Assembly (NCBI GenBank): GCA_040755695.1
Contig: JBFMAK010000004.1
Location: 34,112-98,111, forward strand
Length of the DNA: 64,000 bases
DNA from: Candidatus Iainarchaeum sp.
Lineage (GTDB): Archaea; Iainarchaeota; Iainarchaeia; Iainarchaeales; 1-14-0-10-31-34
Reading direction: 5' to 3'
The notes beneath the pieces were generated by a model. The model saw nothing but the letters and a program-made list of their open reading frames with translations, was not told where the DNA came from and ran no database searches. This document shows, one piece after another, positions 62,823 to 64,000 of this stretch. Each line of letters starts with the position of its first letter. Within the stretch, counting starts at the first letter, position 1. The translations under genes and the position numbers were made by a program.

Positions 62823-64000
62823 ATGAATGATCTAATTGGCAGGTCAAAAAATATTTTTAATAAATTAAATATTGAAGAACTGCAAAAGGCAGGTATTGAA
62901 AGAGAGGATATAAAAGTTTCTTCTCACAGCCACCATATTGTTACTTATCCCCCATTATCTGCTTTGCCCGAAATAAATCCTTCAGAAATATATTCAAGTA
63001 ACAACCAAAAATCTAATCGAGAAATAGCCCTTTACCTGCATTTGCCGTTTTGCACAGGAAAATGCTTATATTGCGCCTATATAACTCTAGCAAACAAGCC
63101 TAAAGAGTTTATTGACAGATACATTGATGGCGTTGAAAAAGAAATTGACCTCTTGCTAAAATTCCCAAACCTTCAAAATATTACAGTAAATTCACTTTAT
63201 GTTGGCGGCGGAACACCAACTTTTTTATCAGCTCAACAGCTGGGCAGAGTCTTAAAATTGCTGAAAACTAGATTTACTGTTAAAAGTTGGGCAGAAATAA
63301 CCGTTGAAGCAGGACCAGAAACAATTGTTGCTTATGACGGAAAAGAAAAGTTGGAGATTCTTTTACAAAATGGAGTAAACAGGTTAAGCATTGGCTTTCA
63401 AACTTTTAATGATGATATATTGAAATTAATTAGGAGAAGGCATAATTCAAAACAAGAAATAGAAGCATACAATTTATTAGAAAAAGTTGGTTTTGAAAAT
63501 ATTAATATTGATTTAATTCCGGGTTTGCCTGACCAAACACTTGAAAGCTGGCAAAACGATTTAGAACAAATAAGCAAACTGGATCCAGCTTCTGTAACCT
63601 GCTATCCGCTTTCCATAAAGCAAACAGCCGCTATCTGGCCAATGTATCAGGAAGAAATAAAGAGATTTCCAAGCAGAGAAAACGTCATAGTGATGCACAT
63701 AATGGCAAATGAATTCTTTAATGATTTAGGTTACACTCAAAGGCCTGTCTGGTGGTATACAAAAACACCTGAATATGTTTACAAACAACAAATTCATAAG
63801 TGGGGTGAGCTTGGAGAACAATTAGCTTTAGGTGCCTCTGGATATTCATTTATGAATGGTTTCCAGTATTTCAACTATCGAACTGTGCCTCAATATTTAG
63901 AGGCAGTTGAAAACAATAAGTTGCCTGTCTGGAAAGGCACAAAACTTTCAAAAGAAGATTTGATGAGAAGACTAATCTTATTCGGTTTAAAAACAGGGCT
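62823..64000 (+). CDS. HemN/HemW-like radical SAM protein, partial (runs off the window edge)
   Basis: Manual translation: LYLHLPFCTGKCLYC, YVGGGTPT, NRLSIGFQTF and NIDLIPGLPDQT. Confidence 0.9.
   Translation, partial: MNDLIGRSKNIFNKLNIEELQKAGIEREDIKVSSHSHHIVTYPPLSALPEINPSEIYSSNNQKSNREIALYLHLPFCTGKCLYCAYITLANKPKEFIDRYIDGVEKEIDLLLKFPNLQNITVNSLYVGGGTPTFLSAQQLGRVLKLLKTRFTVKSWAEITVEAGPETIVAYDGKEKLEILLQNGVNRLSIGFQTFNDDILKLIRRRHNSKQEIEAYNLLEKVGFENINIDLIPGLPDQTLESWQNDLEQISKLDPASVTCYPLSIKQTAAIWPMYQEEIKRFPSRENVIVMHIMANEFFNDLGYTQRPVWWYTKTPEYVYKQQIHKWGELGEQLALGASGYSFMNGFQYFNYRTVPQYLEAVENNKLPVWKGTKLSKEDLMRRLILFGLKTG

Overview
Core chromosomal window of an AT-rich archaeon, most consistent with a DPANN lineage (possibly Iainarchaeota/Diapherotrites; the taxonomy is inferred from gene content). 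Housekeeping genes include two ftsZ, secE-spt5-rpl11, rpl1-rplP0-rpl12, smc, rpe, a ribose-1,5-bisphosphate isomerase, treT and several proteases and transporters. RNA genes are five tRNAs (two with introns) and an RNase P RNA. Accessory content comprises an intein-containing HerA-like ATPase, a ~12 kb glycosyltransferase/radical-SAM/methyltransferase cluster, three intact toxin-antitoxin pairs and one degraded pair. Three observations stand out. (1) A class III ribonucleotide reductase carries an NrdR zinc-ribbon DNA-binding domain at its N-terminus, sits behind two NrdR boxes, and has its glycyl-radical domain split off as a 48-aa gene; the enzyme may repress its own promoter. (2) Several families of miniature hairpin repeats colonise stable-RNA loci: both tRNA introns are built from elements also found free next to other tRNA or RNase P genes, and the RNase P RNA contains tandem hairpin duplications, one matching a free intergenic copy. 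(3) The SMC has canonical head domains but no recognisable hinge. No CRISPR array, rRNA, transposase or integrase was found. All family assignments come from motif recognition by eye, not database searches.
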